DNA of 51,341 nt from Clostridia bacterium. Lineage in GTDB: Bacteria > Bacillota > Clostridia > TANB77 > CAG-508. Shown here in pieces: positions 8,414-16,799 of this stretch. A program made the position numbers and the translations under genes. The notes under the pieces are model-generated. The model searched no databases and was not told the origin of the DNA. It was given only the letters and a program-made list of their open reading frames with translations. Numbering within the stretch: position 1 is the stretch's first letter; the number at the start of each line of letters is the position of its first letter. The stretch covers positions 1 to 51,341 of the forward strand of contig JAZSAX010000094.1 in assembly GCA_045602065.1 (NCBI GenBank). The letters run 5' to 3'.

Positions 8414-8440
8414 TTGTTACCATGGGGACCCATGCCTATA

Positions 8441-9649
8441 ATGGTAAGAGAGGATGTAGAATTGAATAAAGAATTTTTAGAACAAATAGAAAAAGAATTT
8501 TTGATAAGAAGAATAAAGACAGCAACTGTAATATCTTCAGGAAATGTTAATTCGACATATAGAATAGAGGCTGATGGTGCAAATTATATTTTACAAAAAG
8601 TAAATAAATTTGTATTTAAAAAACCAGAAGAAGTAATGCAAAATATAAGAAGAGTTAGTAGATTTTTAGAAAATAAAGTATTAAAAGAAGGGGGTAATCC
8701 TCAAAGAGAAGTATTACACCCAATAGATACTTTGAATGGAAGTCGATTTGTGATAGATTCTGATGGTGAATATTGGAGAATGTATGACTTAATAGATGGG
8801 GCTGTTACTTATGATACAATTGACAGTGAAAAAATGTTTTATAAAGTGGGTCAAGCTTTTGGAAGATTTCAAAATAGGCTTGTAGATTATGATACAGATA
8901 CTTTACATGAAGCAATTCCAGATTTTCATAATACACCAAAAAGATTTACAGATTTTCAAATAGCTATTGTTGCTGATAAAGCTGGAAGACTTGAAAAGAT
9001 AAAAGGACAGCCAAATCATCCTCTTAAAAAAGCAATTGATTATATTTTAAGCCAGGAAGATGAGTTAAGACTAATTGAAGTTGGTAAATTATCTGGAAAG
9101 CTACCAATAAGAGTAACACATAATGACACTAAAATTAATAATGTAATGATTGATAAACAAACAGGAGAACCAATATGTATCATTGACCTAGATACAGTAG
9201 GACCTGATTCAAGTTTAGTAGATTTTGGAGATGCAATACGTTCAGGAGCTAATAGAGCTGGCGAAGAACCAGAACAATTAGATGATGCTAAATTAGACAT
9301 GGATTTATTTAGAGCATATACAAAAGGATATTTATCACAAACTTTATTAGTAGATGAAAAAGGAAATATAAATAATATCCCACAAAAAGGACTAACACAA
9401 GAAGAAATACAATTATTACACAAAGCTCCAAAAATATTAACTCTAGAATTGTCAATGAGATTTTTAGAAGATTATTTAAATGGAGACGAATATTTTAAAT
9501 TAAAGCCAAATCAGCCGGAAGATATTAATTTACGAAGAGGGCTTACACAAATGTATTTAGCACAAGATATGGCTTCAAAAGAAGCAGAGATGAGAAAAAT
9601 TGTAGATGCAATTGTTGTTGAAAAAATAAAATCTGAAGAAGAAAGATAG
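8441..9649 (+). CDS. APH-family sugar kinase, N-acetylhexosamine 1-kinase (NahK/LnpB)-like
   Basis: RVTHNDTKINNVMID, IIDLDTVGPDSSLVDFGDAIRSGAN, FHNTPKRFTDFQ and MRFLEDYLNGDEYF closely parallel the Bifidobacterium NahK sequence as I recall it. The start is uncertain: the track gives TTG 8414, ATG 8441 is used here, and TTG 8462 is also possible. Confidence 0.75.
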   Translation: MVREDVELNKEFLEQIEKEFLIRRIKTATVISSGNVNSTYRIEADGANYILQKVNKFVFKKPEEVMQNIRRVSRFLENKVLKEGGNPQREVLHPIDTLNGSRFVIDSDGEYWRMYDLIDGAVTYDTIDSEKMFYKVGQAFGRFQNRLVDYDTDTLHEAIPDFHNTPKRFTDFQIAIVADKAGRLEKIKGQPNHPLKKAIDYILSQEDELRLIEVGKLSGKLPIRVTHNDTKINNVMIDKQTGEPICIIDLDTVGPDSSLVDFGDAIRSGANRAGEEPEQLDDAKLDMDLFRAYTKGYLSQTLLVDEKGNINNIPQKGLTQEEIQLLHKAPKILTLELSMRFLEDYLNGDEYFKLKPNQPEDINLRRGLTQMYLAQDMASKEAEMRKIVDAIVVEKIKSEEER

Positions 9650-9659
9650 GAGAAGAAAT

Positions 9660-11309
9660 ATGGATTATAAAGATTTAGCAAATTTAATCTTTCCAGATGT
9701 GAAAGAAATATCATACTATGAAGAAAGATACCCTGAAAGAAATTTACCAGAAGGAGCAGTTGTAACAAGATTTGCTCCTAGCCCAACAGGGTTTGTACAT
9801 ATAGGTGGATTGTACCAAGCATTAGTTGCTAGAACAGTAGCTCAAAAAACAGGAGGAGTATTTTTCCTAAGAGTTGAAGATACAGACCAAAAAAGAGAAG
9901 TTGAAAATGGAGTAACAGGAATTGTAAATTCATTAAAAGATTTTGATATGGCACCAGATGAAGGAATGATTACTGATACAGAAGAAATCGGAAATTATGG
10001 ACCATTTAAACAAAGTTTAAGAAAAGAAATATATCAAGCATATGCGAAATATATGATAGAACAAGGCAAAGCATATCCATGTTTCTGTACACCTGAAGAT
10101 GGTGAAGAAATTCGTCAAAAACAAGAAGCGGCAAAAATAAGACCTGGATATTATGGCGTATGGGCAAAATGTAGAAATCATACAGTTGAAGAAATGGTTG
10201 AAAGAATTAAAAATGGAGAAAATTATATAATAAGATTTAAATCACCTGGCAGAGAAGATAGAAAGATCAAACACAAAGATGTAATCAAAGGAAATGTTGA
10301 ATTCCCAGAGAACGATTTAGATATAGTTATAATAAAAGCTGATGGATTGCCAACATATCACTTTGCACATGCAGTTGATGATCATTTAATGAGAACAACA
10401 CATGTAATAAGAAGTGATGAGTGGTTATCATCAGTTCCATTACATTTACAACTATTCCAAGAATTAGGATTTAAAGCCCCTAAATATGCACATATTTCAC
10501 CAATTATGAAAAATGACAATGGTGGAAAACGTAAATTAAGTAAAAGAAAAGATCCAGAAGCGGCAGTAGAATATTACAAAAAAGAAGGAATTCCTTCAGA
10601 TGCAGTTAAAGAATATTTATTAAATATAGCAAACTCTACATTTGAAAATTGGAGAAGAGCAAATCCAGATGCAAAAATGGAAGAATTCGATTTCCAATTA
10701 AACAAAATGAGTGTAAGTGGAGCATTATTTGATATGGTAAAATTACTAGACATTGGTAAAACAGTAATTTCAAAAATGACTGCTGAACAAGTTTATGAAA
10801 AAACACTAGAATGGGCAAAAGAATTTGATGCAGAATTAGCAGAAATGTTAGCTGATAAAGAATATGCACTAAAAGTATTTGGTATTGAAAGAGGAAATAA
10901 AAAACCTAGAAAAGATATTGCAAAATGGTCAGATGTCAAAGAAAATATTGAATATATGTATGATGATAAATTCTATGGAAAAGCTCAAGAATATCCATAT
11001 CAAGTAATATCAGAAAAAGAAGATTTGGAAAAAATATTTAAATTATATATTGAAAAATATTATGATGAAAATGATGACAAACAAACTTGGTTTGACAAAA
11101 TTAAAGCTTTAGCAGTTGAAATGGGATATGCTGGAGAAGTTAAAGAATTTAAAGCAAATCCAGACATGTACAAAGCACATGTTGGAGATGTAAGTACAGC
11201 AATTAGAGTTGCCTTAACATCTAGAACAAATACACCAGATATGTATGAGATAATGCAAGTTTTAGGAAAAGATGCAGTTGCTAAGAGATTAGAAAAGGCA
11301 ATAGGGTAA
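9660..11309 (+). CDS. gltX: Glutamate--tRNA ligase (long, about 550-aa form)
   Basis: Class I motifs are present: RFAPSPTGFVHIGG (HIGH-type) and KLSKRK (KMSKS-type), plus VEDTDQKR. Confidence 0.93.
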   Translation: MDYKDLANLIFPDVKEISYYEERYPERNLPEGAVVTRFAPSPTGFVHIGGLYQALVARTVAQKTGGVFFLRVEDTDQKREVENGVTGIVNSLKDFDMAPDEGMITDTEEIGNYGPFKQSLRKEIYQAYAKYMIEQGKAYPCFCTPEDGEEIRQKQEAAKIRPGYYGVWAKCRNHTVEEMVERIKNGENYIIRFKSPGREDRKIKHKDVIKGNVEFPENDLDIVIIKADGLPTYHFAHAVDDHLMRTTHVIRSDEWLSSVPLHLQLFQELGFKAPKYAHISPIMKNDNGGKRKLSKRKDPEAAVEYYKKEGIPSDAVKEYLLNIANSTFENWRRANPDAKMEEFDFQLNKMSVSGALFDMVKLLDIGKTVISKMTAEQVYEKTLEWAKEFDAELAEMLADKEYALKVFGIERGNKKPRKDIAKWSDVKENIEYMYDDKFYGKAQEYPYQVISEKEDLEKIFKLYIEKYYDENDDKQTWFDKIKALAVEMGYAGEVKEFKANPDMYKAHVGDVSTAIRVALTSRTNTPDMYEIMQVLGKDAVAKRLEKAIG

Positions 11310-11331
11310 AAAGGGACCAGGTCCCTTTTTT
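11308..11331. terminator. Perfect palindromic, bidirectional terminator-like hairpin
   Basis: AAAAAGGGACCAGGTCCCTTTTTT lies directly after the gltX stop. The same palindrome recurs at 14001-14024. Confidence 0.7.
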
Positions 11332-11353
11332 CCTAAATGCAAAAGGAGGCAAT

Positions 11354-11527
11354 ATGGACTATAATGTTGGAGATATTATAAGAACTAAAAAGCCACATCC
11401 TTGTGGTAGCAAGTTATGGGAAATTACACGTGTTGGTGTTGATTTCAAATTAAAGTGTCAAGGTTGTGGACATATTGTTGTTCTAGAAAGACCTAAAGCA
11501 CTAAAAATGATAACTAAAAAAATGTAA
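11354..11527 (+). CDS. DUF951-family small protein (57 aa, below the ORF-track cutoff)
   Basis: The product is MDYNVGDIIRTKKPHPCGSKLWEITRVGVDFKLKCQGCGHIVVLERPKALKMITKKM. RBS AAAGGAGG lies 5 nt upstream. The pattern matches my recollection of DUF951 (HPCG...C.GCG). Confidence 0.8.
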   Translation: MDYNVGDIIRTKKPHPCGSKLWEITRVGVDFKLKCQGCGHIVVLERPKALKMITKKM

Positions 11528-11577
11528 AATAGGGGAGGGTCCTTTTTTTCGCGAAAAAAAGGACCGTCCCTATTTTT
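11527..11577. repeat. Inverted pair of the GGACCGTCCC / A7 / CGCG repeat unit forming a >20-bp hairpin (dispersed family, copy B); acts as a terminator
   Basis: AAAATAGGGGAGGGTCCTTTTTTT-CGCG-AAAAAAAGGACCGTCCCTATTTT uses the same unit as 3957-4008 and 32589-32643, but here in head-to-head orientation. Confidence 0.8.
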
Positions 11578-11580
11578 ACA

Positions 11581-11620
11581 ATGTAACAAAAAAGTAATGG
11601 AAATGTAATAAAAATGTAAT
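11581..11620 (+). promoter_or_regulatory. Four direct heptamer repeats (ATGTAAC, AAGTAAT, ATGTAAT, ATGTAAT) with exact 11-bp phasing
   Basis: Repeat starts are at 11581, 11592, 11603 and 11614. The array is upstream of the Big_2 surface protein gene (ATG 11739). The same array type is at 19739-19756 and 41580-41619. Confidence 0.6.
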
Positions 11621-11738
11621 AAAGCACCAATACGCTGAAAACAGACACATAGACCGATTAGTGAAATAAAAAGAGGTTGTCTTTGAAATAAAAAAATGTT
11701 ATTCTAAAATAGGAAATATTGTAAAAAGGAGAAGAAAA

Positions 11739-13367
11739 ATGAAACTAAATAATAACAAAAAAATATTTATTATAACATTAATGGCAATACTTTTTATAAT
11801 TATATTTAATGTGAAAGTATATGCAGAAAATGAGCCATTTACATTATCTGCAGAGAGTAAAGAAGTACGCTTAAATGGTACAACTTACCTTTACTATACT
11901 GGAGGCGATTATAGTGAAAAAGTAACATGGTCAAGTAGTGATGAGAGTGTAGCAACTGTAGATGGTGGAAAAATAACAGGTCTAAAAATAGGAACAACTA
12001 CAATAACAGCTACTAGAGGAAATGAAACTGATTCTTGTGAAGTTAACGTAGTATATTCATTGATTCAAATTGGTGGAAATTCGAGCAATAATATAACTTC
12101 AGTAAATTTAGTATTAAATGAACATGATACTGAAAATTTATATGCAACAGTAGAAGATGATGATTACGTAGAAGTTCAAAACGCAGAAGTAAAATGGGAG
12201 AGCAGTAATCCAAGCATAGTTACAGTTAATGAAAATACAGGAACTATTACAGCGGTTAGTGCAGGAACAGCTACAATAACTGCATCAGCAGCAGGTGTAT
12301 CTGACACTTGTAATGTAACAGTTGTAAATGGACCAAAATTCACAGACTTTTCTAATGCAAAATATGAATTACTTTATGACTTTGAGGTAGATTTGAAAAT
12401 TGCAGATGTTAATCCAAATGATGAAAATAGTTACTACTATATAATAACTTCTAGTAATACAAAGCCAGAAATATCAACAACTTCATACGGAGCACTTGAT
12501 ACAGAGAAGGTAACAGATGCTACTTACTTAAGTGTTAATATAGAGGACAATTATATATATGCAAGAAATTTAGATAGATATGCAGAACTAAATCAAGATT
12601 TATATTTATGGGTAATTGAAGATATTAGATTAGAGGCTTCATATGCTAAAGATGAAGAAAATAATATTTCACATTCTACAAAATTTGTAGTAGAAGGAGA
12701 AAAATTAACAAGGCCAGAATTGCCACAATTAAACTTAATATTACAGACAATTAACATTGGACACTGGGCAAATGATACAACTGGTGAAAATTCTAATTAT
12801 ACTTATATAAATTTTAATTTTCCAACAGAACAGGAAAATAGAAAGTTTACATTAAAAATAGGTAAAGTTACAGATATTAATATATTAACAAAAATTCAAA
12901 ACAATGATTATTCTGGAATAACAGAACTATTGTCTTATGCAAAAAATAATGAAGCAGTGTTTTCAAAAACATTAACAACAACAAGTGCAGCATATTTTAG
13001 AAGTGATGATACTTTATTTGACGGAAATGCCTTGTTAGAAGATGATGCATATTATTTTATTTATGCACAATTTGATGATGAAAATGGTAAATATTATCCA
13101 ATAGAAGGTGTTACTTTAGGACAAGCTTGGAAATCAAATAGTGATTCAAACTGGTGGGACTTATGGGCTTATACTTCAGATAACTTTGATTGGAATAACT
13201 TAAAACCATCTAATACTCCTACCGAGCCAAAACCTGAAGATCCAACAGTAGCACCATCAGTAATACCAAATGCGGGAAATAAAACTGTAATTGCTATGGT
13301 AGCATTTGTTGCAATAGTTAGTGTAATACTATATAAAAAATACAACAAATTTAGTGATATAAAATAA
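11739..13367 (+). CDS. Secreted/surface protein with two N-terminal Big_2 (bacterial Ig-like group 2) domains and a C-terminal IPNAG-TM-YKKY anchor module
   Basis: It has a signal peptide (MKLNNNKKIFIITLMAILFIIIFNVKVYA) and Big_2 signatures (VTWSSSDESVATVDGGKITGLKIGTTTITAT; VKWESSNPSIVTVNENTGTITAVSAGTATITA). The C-terminal 34 aa are IPNAG, a hydrophobic stretch, then YKKYNKFSDIK. Confidence 0.85.
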   Translation: MKLNNNKKIFIITLMAILFIIIFNVKVYAENEPFTLSAESKEVRLNGTTYLYYTGGDYSEKVTWSSSDESVATVDGGKITGLKIGTTTITATRGNETDSCEVNVVYSLIQIGGNSSNNITSVNLVLNEHDTENLYATVEDDDYVEVQNAEVKWESSNPSIVTVNENTGTITAVSAGTATITASAAGVSDTCNVTVVNGPKFTDFSNAKYELLYDFEVDLKIADVNPNDENSYYYIITSSNTKPEISTTSYGALDTEKVTDATYLSVNIEDNYIYARNLDRYAELNQDLYLWVIEDIRLEASYAKDEENNISHSTKFVVEGEKLTRPELPQLNLILQTINIGHWANDTTGENSNYTYINFNFPTEQENRKFTLKIGKVTDINILTKIQNNDYSGITELLSYAKNNEAVFSKTLTTTSAAYFRSDDTLFDGNALLEDDAYYFIYAQFDDENGKYYPIEGVTLGQAWKSNSDSNWWDLWAYTSDNFDWNNLKPSNTPTEPKPEDPTVAPSVIPNAGNKTVIAMVAFVAIVSVILYKKYNKFSDIK

Positions 13368-13382
13368 TAAAAAATGAGGAAT

Positions 13383-13982
13383 TTATTCCTCATTTTTTTT
13401 GTTAATGTATTGTTCAATTATTTCCCAGACATCATCACTATAAACTTTTCTTTCAGAAGAGAAAGGGAGAGTAGGAATATCTCCAATAGGATTTAACTGT
13501 TTTTGAATGTTTTTACAAGTTTCATCAACTTTAGTTTTTGCAATTTTGTCAGCCTTATTAGTTAGAATGATACAAGGTAAACCACTTCTAATAACATAAT
13601 CATACATTAAGAAATCATTTGAAGTAGGGTCATGTCTAATATCAACTAAAAAGATGATAAGACAAATTTCTTTTCTGTGAGCTAAGTAATGTTCGATAAA
13701 TTCACCAACTTTAACTTGTTCTTGTTTAGACATCTTACTATATCCATAACCAGGTAAATCTACAAAATAAAATAAGTTATCCATATTATAAAAATTAAGT
13801 TGACGAGTTTTACCAGGTTCACTGCTTGTACGAGCTAATTTTTTTCTATTAATCATTGTATTAACAAAACTTGATTTTCCAACATTAGATTTTCCAACTA
13901 AAACAACTTCTGGTAAACCATTTTTGGGATATTGATTTTCTCTAACAGCTGAAACTTCAAATTGTGGATTTTTTATTATCAT
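13383..13982 (-). CDS. engB: Ribosome biogenesis GTPase EngB/YsxC
   Basis: G motifs are present (GKSNVGKSS, DLPGYG, TNKADK). The start is set at MIIKNPQFE, where AAAGGA lies 9 nt upstream. The track's start at 14000 abuts the terminator. Confidence 0.9.
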   Translation of the reverse strand: MIIKNPQFEVSAVRENQYPKNGLPEVVLVGKSNVGKSSFVNTMINRKKLARTSSEPGKTRQLNFYNMDNLFYFVDLPGYGYSKMSKQEQVKVGEFIEHYLAHRKEICLIIFLVDIRHDPTSNDFLMYDYVIRSGLPCIILTNKADKIAKTKVDETCKNIQKQLNPIGDIPTLPFSSERKVYSDDVWEIIEQYINKKNEE

Positions 13983-14000
13983 AATTTTTAGTCCTTTCAT

Positions 14001-14024
14001 AAAAAAGGGACCAGGTCCCTTTTT
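14001..14024. terminator. Palindromic hairpin, second copy of the AAAAAGGGACCAGGTCCCTTTTT element
   Basis: AAAAAAGGGACCAGGTCCCTTTTT lies between serS and engB, both on the minus strand. Confidence 0.65.
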
Positions 14025-14030
14025 CTTTTT

Positions 14031-15317
14031 TTATTTTAATGGAATCAATTTTTCTTTTCCACCCATATAAGGTTGTAAAACTTTTGGAATATTTACACTT
14101 CCATCTTCATTGTAATTACATTCTAATAATGCTATTAAAGCTCTAGGTGTTGCTAAAACCGTATTATTTAAAGTATGTACGAATTTATTTCCTTCTTTAG
14201 TTTTGTATCTAATACCTAAACGTCTAGCTTGAGCATCTCCTAAAGTAGAGCATGAGCAAACTTCAAAATATTTTTGTTGACGTGGGCTCCAAGCCTCAAT
14301 GTCACAAGATTTTACTTTTAAGTCAGCCATATCTCCACTACAGCAATCTAATTGTCTAACTGGAATATCTAAGTTTTGGAATAATTTAATAGACATTTCT
14401 TTCATTTTGTTATACCAATTCATAGATTCTTCAGGCTTGCAAAGAACTATCATTTCTTGTTTTTCAAATTGATGAACTCTATATAATCCTCTTTCTTCAA
14501 GACCATGTGAACCGATTTCTTTTCTGAAACAAGGAGAGTATGAAGTTAAGGTAATAGGTAGTTTTGCTTCATCTACCATTTGGCCTTGGAATCTACCAAT
14601 CATACTATGTTCAGAAGTACCAATTAAGTATAAATCTTCGCCTTCGATTTTGTACATCATTGCTTCCATTTCATCAAAAGACATAACTCCTGTTACAACA
14701 TCACTTCTTATCATAAATGGTGGAATGCAATAAGTAAATCCATTATCAATCATGAAATCACGAGCATATGCAAGCATTGCTTCATGTAATCTTGCTATAT
14801 CTCCAACTAAATAATAGAATCCAACACCACTTGTTCTACCAGCACTTTCTTTATCTAGTCCATCAAATTTTGCAATTATATCTGCGTGATGTGGTATTTC
14901 ATAAGATGGAACTATAGGCTCTCCAAATTTTGCAACTTCGACATTCTCACTATCATCTTTTCCTATAGGAACGGAATTATCAATTATGTTTGGAATTTTC
15001 ATCATTCTAGTTTTGATTTCTTCTGAATATTTTTCTTCCAAACTTTCATTTTCAAGTAAGGCATCATTAACTTTTTGAACTTCTTCTTTAACTTTGTTTG
15101 CTTCATCTTTTTGACCAGATTTCATCAGGTTACCAATTTGTTCACTTAGTTTCTTTCTTTCAGATCTAAGATTATCACCGTTCAATTTAGCTTCTCTATT
15201 TTTTCTGTCTAATTCTAAAACTTCATCTACTAATATTAATTTATGTTCTTGGAATTTTTTCTTCATATTTCCTTTAACTAATTCTGGATTTTCTCTAATT
15301 AATTTTATATCTATCAT
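14031..15317 (-). CDS. serS: Serine--tRNA ligase
   Basis: It has an N-terminal coiled-coil arm (MIDIKLIRENPE...) and class II core motifs (FRKEIGSHG, RVHQFEKQEM, TLNNTVLATPRALIALLE). Confidence 0.95.
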   Translation of the reverse strand: MIDIKLIRENPELVKGNMKKKFQEHKLILVDEVLELDRKNREAKLNGDNLRSERKKLSEQIGNLMKSGQKDEANKVKEEVQKVNDALLENESLEEKYSEEIKTRMMKIPNIIDNSVPIGKDDSENVEVAKFGEPIVPSYEIPHHADIIAKFDGLDKESAGRTSGVGFYYLVGDIARLHEAMLAYARDFMIDNGFTYCIPPFMIRSDVVTGVMSFDEMEAMMYKIEGEDLYLIGTSEHSMIGRFQGQMVDEAKLPITLTSYSPCFRKEIGSHGLEERGLYRVHQFEKQEMIVLCKPEESMNWYNKMKEMSIKLFQNLDIPVRQLDCCSGDMADLKVKSCDIEAWSPRQQKYFEVCSCSTLGDAQARRLGIRYKTKEGNKFVHTLNNTVLATPRALIALLECNYNEDGSVNIPKVLQPYMGGKEKLIPLK

Positions 15318-15448
15318 TTAAATCGCTCCTTTTATTTACAATTAACAAACATATTATACAATAAAAATGTAGAAATATCAATATATTTCATGGATAAAAC
15401 CGGAAATGTTTGCATATAATAGTAGCAAATCTGGGAAGGAGAGCTACT

Positions 15449-15736
15449 ATGCAGGAAGAATATTTATTAGAAAAGATGATAAAGGGGAAAACTGAAAAAG
15501 AAAAAGAGATAGAACTTATGCAAACTATAATTGAAACAAAAGAAATGTTAAAAATAGCAATAAGTAATTTTGAATATGCTGAAGATGATTTGATTGATTA
15601 TTATACTTATCAAATTAAGGCTAATCAATCTAAACTAGATTATTTAATTAAAATTGCAAAACGTAAAGGATTAGTAGTTAGTAGAATTAATGAATTAAAG
15701 GCTAGGTTGTATAGAAAAAATAATATGGCAGGATAA
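15449..15736 (+). CDS. yaaL: YaaL-like protein (DUF2508)
   Basis: RBS GGAAGGAGAG precedes ATG 15449. The pattern is as in B. subtilis YaaL, and the gene is adjacent to bofA as in Bacillus (yaaL-bofA). Confidence 0.65.
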   Translation: MQEEYLLEKMIKGKTEKEKEIELMQTIIETKEMLKIAISNFEYAEDDLIDYYTYQIKANQSKLDYLIKIAKRKGLVVSRINELKARLYRKNNMAG

Positions 15737-15799
15737 GTAATATTTGTCCAATAAATAACATAGAAATATTACTAATAGAATGTTTCTAGAGGTGATAAT

Positions 15800-16060
15800 G
15801 TGGATATTAATACTCTAATAATTATATCTTGCATATGTGTATTGTTTGTAATAGGTAGAATATTTATAGTTCCAATTAAATGGATTTTAAAATTGGTTTT
15901 TAACTCTATATTAGGAGCGGTTCTTATTTGGATTATAAACTTTATTGGAGGAGTTTGGGGATTTCATATTGGACTTAATATATATACATCGCTGCTAGTT
16001 GGCATATTAGGAATTCCTGGAGCGATTTTTTTGATTTTATTGAAATTAATAGTTGGCTAA
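15800..16060 (+). CDS. bofA: Pro-sigma-K processing inhibitor BofA
   Basis: This 86-aa protein with two to three TM segments carries PIKWILKLVFNSILGAVLIWIINFIGG ... GILGIPGAIFLILLK. That closely parallels B. subtilis BofA (KPLKWIG..., SGILGIPGIAALVV). It has a GTG start after AGAGGTG. Confidence 0.85.
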   Translation: MDINTLIIISCICVLFVIGRIFIVPIKWILKLVFNSILGAVLIWIINFIGGVWGFHIGLNIYTSLLVGILGIPGAIFLILLKLIVG

Positions 16061-16105
16061 AATAAAAACTCCTGCCACTAATAAATAGGGCAGGAGCAGG
16101 ATGGT

Positions 16106-16408
16106 TTAGAAAATATCGCAGTTACCCATCCAAATCATGTAGACTTCATTGTCTGCTTTTTGCGTTAGGACAACGGTCAGGTCCAACTCATCAGTTGTTT
16201 CACATGCGCGCAGGATTTCCTGGGTAATAGCATCGGTATACTTGAAACTTTCACCAACCAGCTCGCTACGCTTGACGCTATAGCCAGTATTGGTTGCAAT
16301 AAAGGTTACATAGAACCGATCGCTTTTGTTGTCATAACACACGACAATATCAGGGTTAGTCAGCTCAGCGCTGATAAGCGGATTGTTGTTAGTAATAGTG
16401 TAAGCCAT
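16106..16408 (-). CDS. Hypothetical acidic 100-aa protein with foreign (about 44% GC) composition
   Basis: The product is MAYTITNNNPLISAELTNPDIVVCYDNK... By my count it has 15 acidic and 7 basic residues. CTG, CGT, CGC, CGG, ACC, AGC and GGC codons are frequent, unlike host genes. It has its own AT-rich -10 (TATAAT within GTTATAATAAG) and terminator 16064-16097. Confidence 0.7.
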   Translation of the reverse strand: MAYTITNNNPLISAELTNPDIVVCYDNKSDRFYVTFIATNTGYSVKRSELVGESFKYTDAITQEILRACETTDELDLTVVLTQKADNEVYMIWMGNCDIF

Positions 16409-16469
16409 GGTGTATACCATCCTTTCAAAATATTATGATGTACTTATTATAACATAATATAAAATAAAA

Positions 16470-16505
16470 AACAAGGGGTAGCAACATATTGTTGCACCCC
16501 TTGTT
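16470..16505 (-). terminator. Hairpin terminator separating the two GC-rich small genes
   Basis: AACAAGGGGTAGCAACA-TAT-TGTTGCACCCCTTGTT, a stem with one bulge. Confidence 0.65.
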
Positions 16506-16513
16506 TGCGAAGG

Positions 16514-16765
16514 TTAACTTCGGATTTCATCGCTGATGCAGTTGAAATCCGTGATATTCCGGATACGCTCGAGAGCGTCAGCAGATACTTTGCATTTAGT
16601 TTTGCCAGGAAACTGTTCACAGAAGAAATTCATTACAGAGCGATCAACTATGAACTGAGGATCGTGGAAAAGAATGCTTTTGTATTCATGCCGAATGCCG
16701 GTATCAGGGTCTGTGACCGCAAAACGGTCGTTTTCAGTGAGTCGGACATTGATGATTTTAGACAT
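16514..16765 (-). CDS. Hypothetical 83-aa protein with foreign (higher-GC) composition
   Basis: The product is MSKIINVRLTENDRFAVTDPDTGIRHEYK... It has a strong RBS (AGGAGG, 7-nt spacer) and the consensus promoter at 16800-16828. Codon usage is rich in CGA, CGT, CGG, CTC, GGC and ACC. I recognise no family. Confidence 0.7.
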   Translation of the reverse strand: MSKIINVRLTENDRFAVTDPDTGIRHEYKSILFHDPQFIVDRSVMNFFCEQFPGKTKCKVSADALERIRNITDFNCISDEIRS

Positions 16766-16799
16766 AGAAGTAACCTCCTAATAAAATATAGATACTTAT

